Below, in pieces: positions 9,465 to 16,557 of a DNA stretch of 50,867 bases; position 1 is the stretch's first letter; every line of letters starts with the position of its first letter. Below the pieces are notes generated by a model, which saw only the letters and a list, made by a program, of their open reading frames with translations, ran no database searches and was not told where the DNA came from. The DNA is from an uncultured Gammaproteobacteria bacterium (GTDB lineage Bacteria > Patescibacteriota > Microgenomatia > Levybacterales > UBA12049): NCBI GenBank assembly GCA_964646925.1, contig CAZYIC010000002.1:1-50867 (forward strand), written 5' to 3'. A program made the translations under genes and the position numbers.

Positions 9465-9512
9465 TCCAACTTAACTTTTCACTTTTCACTTTTAACTTTT
9501 AACTAATTTGAC

Positions 9513-9974
9513 ATGTCCTCAAAACATTATTTTAAAAATATCAAGAAAAATAAGCAGGCCAATAAGAAGAAGGGTGAATCCCCGAGTAATTCCCGAAGTA
9601 TTACCGAAGTTTTCCGTTTTAAATTGCCTAAATTAACCCACGCTAATTTTCTCAAGCTTTATCGGGAAAGTTTGAAGGTTTTTGTTGTTTTTATTTTTAT
9701 AGTTGCGGCTGTTATTGTGGGGTATGATTTTCAAAAAAATCTGCAAATAAAACAAGATATTGATTCTCAGAGAAAAGTTTTAATTCGCGATTTAAATTTC
9801 TGGGAAGATTTTATATCTAAAAATCAAAATTATAGAGATGCTTATTTTCAAGCGTCAATCTTGGAATACAAGCTGGGGGATATGTCTAAAGCGAGAATGT
9901 ATGTCGAGAAAGGTTTATCTTTGGATCCGAATTCAGAAAGCGGTCTAAAAATCGAAAAACTTTTAAATAAGTAA
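9513..9974 (+). CDS. membrane-anchored TPR-like protein
   Basis: 153 aa with a basic N-terminus, one TM segment (VFVVFIFIVAAVIVGY) and a TPR-like C-terminus (AYFQASILEYKLGDMSKARMYVEKGLSLDP). Confidence 0.4.
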   Translation: MSSKHYFKNIKKNKQANKKKGESPSNSRSITEVFRFKLPKLTHANFLKLYRESLKVFVVFIFIVAAVIVGYDFQKNLQIKQDIDSQRKVLIRDLNFWEDFISKNQNYRDAYFQASILEYKLGDMSKARMYVEKGLSLDPNSESGLKIEKLLNK

Positions 9975-10757
9975 TTACTTTTGGGCCTTTTCTGCTGGTT
10001 TGGCCGCTTCGGCTCCCGATTTTGCTGCCGGAGGAGCACCTGCTGTTTCTGGTTTTCCGGCTTGCCCTGAGCTTGCCGAATGGGTTTCCGTTGCTTGCAC
10101 TGGCGCGCCTTCTGCAGGAGTTGTTCCTTCTGCGGTAGGAGCTGCCGCTTTGGCTGCTTCTGCGGCTGCTGCCTCAGCTGCTGCTTGTTCTGCAGCTTCC
10201 TTACTGATTAATGAGCCGATCTTGGCTACGACCTGGGAAGCATCTGTCAAAATAGTTACACCGGTTGGAGCTTTTATTTCACCAACAGTTACCTGCGCAT
10301 CCAACACAGCTAAAGGTTCAACATTTACCTCTATTTTGTCCGGCAAGTCTGTAGGAAGCGCTTCGATTTCAACTTCAGAAAGAGTCTGCATAAGAAGTCC
10401 AAGCTTTTCTGAAACTGCTTTAGGTTCATTAACAGTAACAATTTTGACCATTGTTTTGACTTTTTCTTTAAGATTAACCTGGAAGAAATCTGCATGATAG
10501 AGCGTATGTTTGTAGTAATTTTGCTGGACATTGTGGATTAAGGATGGTCTGATTTCGCCATCAACTTCCACATCAACAATTCCTGTAATGCCTGCTTCTT
10601 TATAAACTTTTTCGAAGTCTTTATAGGGAACTTGCACGGAAAGAGATTTAACACCTTTGCCATAAATATTTGCAGGTAAAAAGCCTTCTTTTCTAAGTTT
10701 TTGTACTTTTTTTCCAACGACTTTTCTTTTCTCAACTGCCAATTTGAATCTTTTCAT
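9975..10757 (-). CDS. rplY: 50S ribosomal protein L25/Ctc with an Ala/Pro-rich C-terminal tail
   Basis: 260 aa. N-terminal KLAVEKRKVVGKKVQKLRKEGFLPANIYGKG is typical of L25/Ctc. The last ~70 aa are low complexity and GC-rich. Confidence 0.8.
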   Translation of the reverse strand: MKRFKLAVEKRKVVGKKVQKLRKEGFLPANIYGKGVKSLSVQVPYKDFEKVYKEAGITGIVDVEVDGEIRPSLIHNVQQNYYKHTLYHADFFQVNLKEKVKTMVKIVTVNEPKAVSEKLGLLMQTLSEVEIEALPTDLPDKIEVNVEPLAVLDAQVTVGEIKAPTGVTILTDASQVVAKIGSLISKEAAEQAAAEAAAAEAAKAAAPTAEGTTPAEGAPVQATETHSASSGQAGKPETAGAPPAAKSGAEAAKPAEKAQK

Positions 10758-10820
10758 AAAGGTTATTGTACCTTATTTACGGGATTAATACAACCGCCGT
10801 GTTATAATAAATCTGATTTT

Positions 10821-11297
10821 ATGAAGATACTCGGAATTGATCCGGGATATGCCAGGGTTGGGTGGGCAACAATAACAAGTAACAATTCACAATTAACAGT
10901 TAACAATTATGGGTGCATAGAAACTTCTAAGAATACAGATTCTCAAGAGCGGTTAGTTGATGTTTATAAGCAAGTTTGCGCATTGATTAAAAAATATAAA
11001 CCTGACGCTTTAGCGATAGAAGAACTTTTTTTTACAAATAATGCCAAAACAGCTTTCAAAGTTGGGGAGGCAAGAGGAGTCATAACTTTGGCCGGAGCTA
11101 TCCAAAAAATCCCTGTTTTTTCATATACGCCTTTGCAGGTAAAAGTTGCAGTTACGGGGTACGGTAACGCAGACAAGACTCAGGTTGGGAGAATGATAAA
11201 GGTAATCCTTAAATTAAAAGAAATGCCAAAGTTAGATGACACAGTTGATGCAATCGCAGTCGCATTAACGCACGCCTTTACAAATAAATTTAAATAA
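10821..11297 (+). CDS. ruvC: crossover junction endodeoxyribonuclease RuvC
   Basis: MKILGIDPGYARVGWA... followed by ALAIEELFF and DAIAVALTHA motifs. I place the start at ATG 10821 rather than the ORF-track start at 10701. Confidence 0.8.
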   Translation: MKILGIDPGYARVGWATITSNNSQLTVNNYGCIETSKNTDSQERLVDVYKQVCALIKKYKPDALAIEELFFTNNAKTAFKVGEARGVITLAGAIQKIPVFSYTPLQVKVAVTGYGNADKTQVGRMIKVILKLKEMPKLDDTVDAIAVALTHAFTNKFK

Positions 11298-11299
11298 TT

Positions 11300-11722
11300 T
11301 TAAATTTCTCCGCGTTCTTTTTTTAAGAGAAAAATATCAGGAGTTACGATTTTTATATTTTTGAAATTTTTTAAATCCAATAAATCTCTGTCGCCGGTTA
11401 TAATGTAATCACATTTACCTTCGAGAGCTGCTTCCAAAACCCGATTATCATCTTTATCTCTAGAGATTGAAAGAGATTTTCTTGGTTTGACTATTTTGAA
11501 TTTCTCTTTAATTTGTCTTTCGATTAAAGTAAAGCTATATGCTAATTTTGGAAACTTTTTACCTATTACATCTTCAAGTTCTGCCAGAAGTATTTGTGAA
11601 GTAATTGCTTCAATTTTGTCATCCAAAATAAGATTTAATATTTCTCTTGGTTTGCCTCCGAAGCCTATACCTGAAATTAGAATGTTGGTATCAAGAATTA
11701 CTTTAATCGGATTTGCGGCCAT
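11300..11722 (-). CDS. PIN-domain toxin (TIGR00305-like)
   Basis: 140 aa with VILDTNILISG ... DDNRVLEAALEGKCDYIITGDRDLL. The C-terminal KKERGEI is encoded by repeat copy A (11300-11326). Confidence 0.7.
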   Translation of the reverse strand: MAANPIKVILDTNILISGIGFGGKPREILNLILDDKIEAITSQILLAELEDVIGKKFPKLAYSFTLIERQIKEKFKIVKPRKSLSISRDKDDNRVLEAALEGKCDYIITGDRDLLDLKNFKNIKIVTPDIFLLKKERGEI

Positions 11723-11960
11723 GTCTATATTTATACACTATTTCATTAACTTCTTCTTCATTTTTGATTCCCATATCCTTCATCGCTTTTTCTCCAGCCT
11801 TAAAAATCTGATTCCATTTCTCCCGCCTATTTAAGTAAATTCTTAGAGCTTCTCGAATAAGCTCAGATCTGTTTCTATATTCTTCTCTGGCCTGTTCATC
11901 TACTTTTTTAACTAGTTCTCTTGGAAGGGAGATGTTGAACGTTTGCGTATTCATATACAA
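11703..11960 (-). CDS. ribbon-helix-helix (CopG/Arc) antitoxin
   Basis: 85 aa with FNISLPRELVKKVDEQAREEYRNRSELIREALRIYL. Overlaps the PIN gene by 20 nt. The start may instead be the third-codon ATG at 11954. Confidence 0.65.
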   Translation of the reverse strand: MYMNTQTFNISLPRELVKKVDEQAREEYRNRSELIREALRIYLNRREKWNQIFKAGEKAMKDMGIKNEEEVNEIVYKYRHGRKSD

Positions 11961-12005
11961 GCATTGTATATATCTTGTATCTCTTTGTCAAGAGGCTAAA
12001 TTTAA

Positions 12006-12095
12006 CTAAATCTCTCCTCGTTCTTTTTTGCGCTGCTTTGGGGTTTCGTCAGGACATCTGTAATCATAGCCGAGCCTAAAGGAGCGAAAAAGCAC
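12006..12095 (-). pseudogene. remnant of the cupin gene 3' end (copy B)
   Basis: The minus strand reads VLFRSFRLGYDYRCPDETPKQRKKERGEI*. The C-terminus of CDS 14426-14866 is YRLEDDYKRPDETPQQRKKERGEI*. No start codon and no upstream cupin body. Confidence 0.7.
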
Positions 12096-12113
12096 AGAAG
12101 ATTTCGAAAAATT

Positions 12114-12902
12114 TTATGTCCCTTTGGGATATAGGATTTTAAAATGTTTTATGCGATCATCAAGCCGGTCGCTAATAAATCCAATTCCTTGTGGGTTTTT
12201 AAGGCCAAACTGATCTTTGTTGGCCATCATGGTGATTCCTCCTACCGTAAATCCAGGCGCCTCTTTTTTCCCCAAAGAGTGTTCCTTATATTTTTCACAA
12301 AATCTAGAGAGAAGTATATCGGCCTCCTGCGCAAATTCTGTCTTAAGCAAGCCTTCAGGAGTCCATTTTTCAGTGTTCCAATAAAAACCAAAGGGATTTC
12401 CCCATCTGCCTGCATGCCTGCGTGTTGGCACACGAAATCTATGGTCAACATCGATCCTTTGCTCATCATTGAGGTAAAAATCCAGGAACTTCACAGTTCT
12501 GATTCCGGGGTGTCCTCTTAAGCTTGGGTAATCCTGTCCTTGCAAAATTACAGAGAGAACCAATCTTGGCGGATGCAGAGTTTTAACATGCGATATTTCA
12601 CGATAGGTGCCCTTATCTGTATGTATTTCCTTGTCATAATAATAAGCTTTTTCTGCGTGAATCATTACTGTTGGGAATATCCTCTCAACCAGTGGAGCTT
12701 TTTCTATTAGAATACCAGCTATAACTAAGCTATTAAGCTCTCTATATTTTTCATCTGCCCTTTGAATTTCGTCTCTTATTTTTCCTTCTTCCTCTTTCTT
12801 GGATTTTAATATTTGTTCCTGTTCTGCTTCGTATAGTTCTACGGACGTTCTTAGTGATTCCGGTTGTTCTTCTTTCATAGTTTGACCTCTTGTCTCAAGC
12901 AT
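12114..12902 (-). CDS. hypothetical protein (coiled-coil N-terminus)
   Basis: 262-aa ORF with no motif I recognise. Divergent from the MerR gene. Confidence 0.4.
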   Translation of the reverse strand: MLETRGQTMKEEQPESLRTSVELYEAEQEQILKSKKEEEGKIRDEIQRADEKYRELNSLVIAGILIEKAPLVERIFPTVMIHAEKAYYYDKEIHTDKGTYREISHVKTLHPPRLVLSVILQGQDYPSLRGHPGIRTVKFLDFYLNDEQRIDVDHRFRVPTRRHAGRWGNPFGFYWNTEKWTPEGLLKTEFAQEADILLSRFCEKYKEHSLGKKEAPGFTVGGITMMANKDQFGLKNPQGIGFISDRLDDRIKHFKILYPKGT

Positions 12903-12905
12903 AAG

Positions 12906-12939
12906 TTGCTTTAGGCTTATAGAAGTAGTATAATATACT
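12906..12939 (+). promoter_or_regulatory. possible MerR-type promoter with 19-bp spacer and palindrome
   Basis: TTGCTT (12906-12911), a 19-nt spacer, then TAATAT (12931-12936). The palindrome AGTATA-A-TATACT (12927-12939) overlaps the -10 box. Confidence 0.3.
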
Positions 12940-12953
12940 TATACGTTACGTAT

Positions 12954-13760
12954 ATGTCAAGTATGTCTTTAACAGTTGCGGAATTTGCGAGAGTATGTCA
13001 GGTTACGCCTCGCACGATCCGCTGGTATCAGCAAAAAGGCCTAATAACTCCTATAAAAGTAGACGAGTGGAATAAATATGCTTATTTTGCCCCGGAGCAG
13101 TCCTTATTGGTTTTTCAAATTAAATTATTACAGCAAGTTGGTCTTCCCTTAAGGGAAATAAGAACTAAATTAAGCAATAGTCAACCATCTCTAGATAAAG
13201 AATTGAAAAGGTTGGATGAATTTATTAAACAGAAGCAGAAAGAAATGGAACTGTTGAAGGAGATTAACTCTATTATTTCTTTAAATAAGTTTAATTTGAG
13301 GGAAGAAACAGCCGGTCCATACAAATTATTTTGCTATCGTATCGAAAAAGGGGATTATTCTAAATTAGATGCATATATTAATGAACTTAGAAGAGTAGCG
13401 GAAAGTGTTAAATTAAAGGTGCTCGATAAAGAAATCACATTTTATCTTGATCCAGAGCTTAAATATAAACCTAAGAATTCTAATTTGGAAGTTGCCTTAA
13501 TAATTTCAGGGCAGCCAAAATTTGGCTTACCTAAGTTGTCCAATAATTATTATTTTAGAGATTTTTTACCAACAAAAGCTTTGACTTTTAATTTTAGAGG
13601 TCCGTCTAATTATCTCTCTTTAGTCTACAATAAGATAGACAAATACGTTAAAGAGAAGGAAATACGAATAAAATCACCTGTTTTTGAAACATATCTTAAG
13701 AATGCTATAAATACTGGTTCTCCTTACGATTACATAACGAAAATAGCCTATCCCATTTGA
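12954..13760 (+). CDS. MerR-family transcriptional regulator with a GyrI-like effector domain
   Basis: 268 aa. N-terminal LTVAEFARVCQVTPRTIRWYQQKGLITP (MerR HTH), then a coiled coil and a ~150-aa C-terminal domain. Confidence 0.7.
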   Translation: MSSMSLTVAEFARVCQVTPRTIRWYQQKGLITPIKVDEWNKYAYFAPEQSLLVFQIKLLQQVGLPLREIRTKLSNSQPSLDKELKRLDEFIKQKQKEMELLKEINSIISLNKFNLREETAGPYKLFCYRIEKGDYSKLDAYINELRRVAESVKLKVLDKEITFYLDPELKYKPKNSNLEVALIISGQPKFGLPKLSNNYYFRDFLPTKALTFNFRGPSNYLSLVYNKIDKYVKEKEIRIKSPVFETYLKNAINTGSPYDYITKIAYPI

Positions 13761-13788
13761 TCCAGAAACAGTTGAAGGTTAGTGCTTT

Positions 13789-13824
13789 CTAAATTTCTCC
13801 ACGGTCTTTTTTATGCTGCTTAGG
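13789..13824 (-). pseudogene. remnant of the cupin gene 3' end (copy C)
   Basis: The minus strand reads PKQHKKDRGEI*. It overlaps the stop codon of the PGI-like gene in another frame. Confidence 0.6.
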
Positions 13825-14422
13825 ATTTTAACTTTTGGGCATATTCTTTTGGAGTAAGCCATTCGGGCTGCGCAGCATATCTATAATTATGGTTTTTAAC
13901 CAATGCCGGTTTCCCGCTTTCTTCAATTAAATAATATGCAAAACCCCTGAGCTTTTTTATTGGTTCGTAATCAGCGTGTCCCGGTAAAGAAACCGGATCA
14001 GCTTCTGCAAAGTTAACGGGTGAATCATCAGACGTAACGAACCAAACTTTGCCAACATTTACAGCCAGATGGCCGGTACCTGAGGGTATAAATACGCTAT
14101 TTCCTGTCTTTACGGTTATAGCATAAAAAGATTCAATTTCATCATCGATCGGATTGCCAGATTGATCTTTTTTCCTATTTTGCAAAAGAATTACTCCTTC
14201 TCCTGCTATTACATGATATGTTTCATCCAAATGACCCACATGATAATGACCATAAGTTTTAATATATTCTCCGCCGACTGTGCCTGTTTCCCAAACTGTA
14301 ATATTAGTTTTGTCAACTCCGCCGCGGATCATGTAATAATGTACTTCAGGACCTTTTGCGTCAGGATACATTAGAACTTCCTTCATTTTTTCATGCGGTC
14401 TGTCTGCAAATGGTCTTAACAT
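13820..14422 (-). CDS. cupin-type glucose-6-phosphate isomerase-like protein
   Basis: 200 aa with TYGHYHVGHLDETYHVIAGEGVILLQ ... IPSGTGHLAVNVG, which resembles archaeal cupin PGI (TKGHFH...EVY..L.G.G). Starts 3 nt after the upstream cupin gene. Confidence 0.5.
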   Translation of the reverse strand: MLRPFADRPHEKMKEVLMYPDAKGPEVHYYMIRGGVDKTNITVWETGTVGGEYIKTYGHYHVGHLDETYHVIAGEGVILLQNRKKDQSGNPIDDEIESFYAITVKTGNSVFIPSGTGHLAVNVGKVWFVTSDDSPVNFAEADPVSLPGHADYEPIKKLRGFAYYLIEESGKPALVKNHNYRYAAQPEWLTPKEYAQKLKS

Positions 14423-14425
14423 AAA

Positions 14426-14866
14426 TTAAATTTCCCCTCTTTCTTTTTTTCTTTGCTGTGGAGTTTCATCAGGGCGTTTGTAGTCATCTTCAAGTCGATA
14501 GGTTGTTCCCATTTCGGGTGTTGAAACTTCAATAATATCGCAATCCGTAATTCCCATAAGCCTGTGTCTTTGGCCGATTTCTGTAGTAAAACCTTGTCCT
14601 TCTTGAAGTTCTGTTTCAATAAGTTCGCCTTTATTATTATCCCAAATTACTTTTGCGTGACCTTTTATAATAAGCCAGCTTTCTTGTTTTTTGTCATGAA
14701 TTTGAAGACTAAGTCTTTTTCCTGCATCGATATGTAAAAGTTTTCCCATGTATGGCTTGTCTTCTTTTACCCAATGAATTTCATAACCCCATGGCTTATC
14801 AATTTTTTTTGCGTAAGAATTGTTACTAAATTTAGTTTTATCAAATTGGTTAGAATCAAAAGCCAT
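14426..14866 (-). CDS. cupin protein, mannose-6-phosphate isomerase type II C-terminal-like
   Basis: 146 aa with KPWGYEIHW...GKLLHIDAGKRLSLQIHDKKQESWLIIKGHAKV. Its 3' end is the source sequence of repeats A-C. Confidence 0.6.
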   Translation of the reverse strand: MAFDSNQFDKTKFSNNSYAKKIDKPWGYEIHWVKEDKPYMGKLLHIDAGKRLSLQIHDKKQESWLIIKGHAKVIWDNNKGELIETELQEGQGFTTEIGQRHRLMGITDCDIIEVSTPEMGTTYRLEDDYKRPDETPQQRKKERGEI

Positions 14867-14932
14867 AAGGATATTTTACCTTATGGCTTTAAACTTGACA
14901 ATCAACTTATAGTATGCTAGTATTTCAGGATT

Positions 14933-15721
14933 ATGGTAATGGAGAGATTGGGTGCCGCAAGAAGGCTTCCTGAAAATCAAGATCCAACAAAACAATTTGC
15001 AATTGAACACGCAGAAAAAATGCTTGTTGATGCTGGCGTAAAAGATCCAGGAACGCTTGTTGCAACTTCCGTTGAAAAACCAACTCCAAAAATTGGAGAG
15101 CAATCACAAGATAAAGTAGGAAAAGTTGTTGTGGAATACAATTCTCAACCTTTGACTCCTGAACTTGTTAATAAAACTTGGCAAACTCTCTGGACAGAAT
15201 GGGGGAAAAGAGTTGGTCAGACATTTGAAATTCCACAGTGTGATCGAACCTCTGAAGAATTAGCTCAACTTAAAAAAGAAAATAAAGCAGTACTTCTTAT
15301 TCCCGACAATGTAGATTTGATTATGCTTGGCAAAATATTTCCCCAAATGCAGAGTCGGGCTGTATCAGAAGGAACAACGGTAACTGAATCAAGCAAAGGT
15401 GGAAGTATTGATACTGAAATGGATCTTGACTCTCCAAATAGAGATACAACTGAATTTCAAGCAAAGGATTTCCTTAAGCAGAATGGAAGAAACGGACAGA
15501 GATTAAGAACTTACATTATTGGCTCACAACTTAGCAAGTTATTAACTGGTCACTATTTTGACGAAAATGCATATTCTCGTTTGCCTGGTTCCCGTAATGA
15601 GGCCCGCATGGTGCTTGCTCACTTCCATTCGGATGGCGGCTTGCATGTCCGCTGGCATCTGGGTCCACTGCATCACGATCCGGACATGGGTTTTCGTTCC
15701 GAGGGAGTTAGAAAAGCTTAA
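14933..15721 (+). CDS. DGR variable (target) protein
   Basis: 262 aa. The C-terminal 40 aa (GSRNEARMVLAHFHSDGGLHVRWHLGPLHHDPDMGFRSE) are encoded by the VR. No obvious signal peptide. Confidence 0.85.
   Translation: MVMERLGAARRLPENQDPTKQFAIEHAEKMLVDAGVKDPGTLVATSVEKPTPKIGEQSQDKVGKVVVEYNSQPLTPELVNKTWQTLWTEWGKRVGQTFEIPQCDRTSEELAQLKKENKAVLLIPDNVDLIMLGKIFPQMQSRAVSEGTTVTESSKGGSIDTEMDLDSPNRDTTEFQAKDFLKQNGRNGQRLRTYIIGSQLSKLLTGHYFDENAYSRLPGSRNEARMVLAHFHSDGGLHVRWHLGPLHHDPDMGFRSEGVRKA
15587..15704 (+). repeat. DGR variable repeat (VR)
   Basis: 118 bp, 101/118 identical to 16020-16137. Every difference corresponds to an A in the other copy. Confidence 0.9.
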
Positions 15722-16019
15722 TCTTTTGATCCTTTGTCCTCTTTTGCATCTTTGAACTTTCCGTTTTTTTCTGATAGAGTAATAATTAAAGTAGGTTTAT
15801 GTTCCCAAGAGTATGCTTTTGAGACACCGAAATTATTGTTTTTCAAACATTTGCCGGAATTTCTATAAACTACGGTTTTAGAAAGAGTTGCAAAAGAAAA
15901 GCAAGATACTCCTTGTCTTTTGCTTGCGAAGGTCTCGCCACAGGCGAGTGCTTCCAAATAAAATACAATGTCTTGAGAAATCAGGCCGTGGTGAAAAAGA
16001 TGGCATAAGACAAAAAATA

Positions 16020-16137
16020 GGTTCCCGTAATGAGGACAACATGGTGAATGCTAACTTCAATTCGGATGGCAACTTGAATGTCAACTGGAATCTGAATCCA
16101 CAGAATCACGATCCGGACATGGGTTTTCGTTCCGAGG
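16020..16137 (+). repeat. DGR template repeat (TR)
   Basis: The non-coding copy. In the target frame it reads as 10 AAY (Asn) codons plus GAC and CAG at the 12 variable positions. The 3' 31 bp are invariant between TR and VR. Confidence 0.9.
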
Positions 16138-16155
16138 TAGAATCTTGCTTTTTCT

Positions 16156-16557
16156 TTATTGTTTTAATGATTTTCTCCATCCTCCAAGCATTCTGCCGAT
16201 TTCTTGGAGGAGTTGAATTAATTGGATATATTTTTTATTATCTAAAGCTTGTATATCTTTTGCAAGTCTTATCAGTATCCGAAGCATATCTAAGGACACT
16301 ATAGATTTTTCAATAAACGGTAATTTTTTCTCCTGGGAGTTCATTCCTGCTGTAATTGTTAGCTCAAAAATCGTGAGAGTAAGCCTGTCTATCTTTTGTC
16401 CTAGACTGTGTTGATCTTTCTTAGGGAAAAGTTTCAGATATTGGTACAATAATTTATAGAAGTCATATAGCTTTTGGAATAGCGGTATGTTAAACTGGTT
16501 ATCTGTTCTGTTCTGTTCTGTTCTGTTCTGTGAGGTGGGATTGTGATTTTGACTCAT
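16156..16557 (-). CDS. avd: Avd-like four-helix-bundle accessory protein
   Basis: Related to the 23S-IVS / four-helix-bundle family (LYDFYKLLYQYLKLFPKKDQHSLGQKIDRLTLTIFELT...RILIRLA). ATG at 16557; the ORF track extends to a TTG at 16572. On the opposite strand to TR and RT. Confidence 0.7.
   Translation of the reverse strand: MSQNHNPTSQNRTEQNRTDNQFNIPLFQKLYDFYKLLYQYLKLFPKKDQHSLGQKIDRLTLTIFELTITAGMNSQEKKLPFIEKSIVSLDMLRILIRLAKDIQALDNKKYIQLIQLLQEIGRMLGGWRKSLKQ
16503..16532. repeat. pentanucleotide repeat (CTGTT)5 plus one CTGTG unit
   Basis: Read directly from the sequence. Lies in avd codons 9-18 (QNRTEQNRT) and ends 1 nt before a GAGGTG Shine-Dalgarno-like box upstream of the RT start at GTG 16543. 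Confidence 0.95.

Noticed and set aside
9465-9512. Short tandem units cttttcacttttcacttttaacttttaac, considered as a CRISPR or other repeat array.
   Set aside because: The units are 6-7 nt with no spacers. This is low-complexity slippage-type sequence, not a CRISPR array.
10000-10497. 165-aa Ala/Ser-rich plus-strand ORF.
   Set aside because: It is antisense to the GC-rich Ala/Pro tail of the L25/Ctc gene. It is a typical shadow ORF of a low-complexity region.
10868-10912. Repeated AACAATT units in ruvC (TSNNSQLTVNN).
   Set aside because: This corresponds to a variable hairpin loop of RuvC. The repeats are short, imperfect and consistent with AT-rich codon bias.
15718-15957. 79-aa minus-strand ORF in the VR-TR spacer.
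   Set aside because: It has no recognisable motif, an odd composition, and lies where the DGR TR transcript promoter is expected. I treat it as non-coding, but cannot exclude a small protein.
15888-16304. 138-aa plus-strand ORF covering the TR, containing GSRNEDNMVNANFNSDGNLNVNWNLNPQNHDPDMGFRSE.
   Set aside because: It exists only because the TR is a copy of the target gene's 3' end. It has no credible start context, it runs antisense into avd, and DGR template repeats are non-coding.
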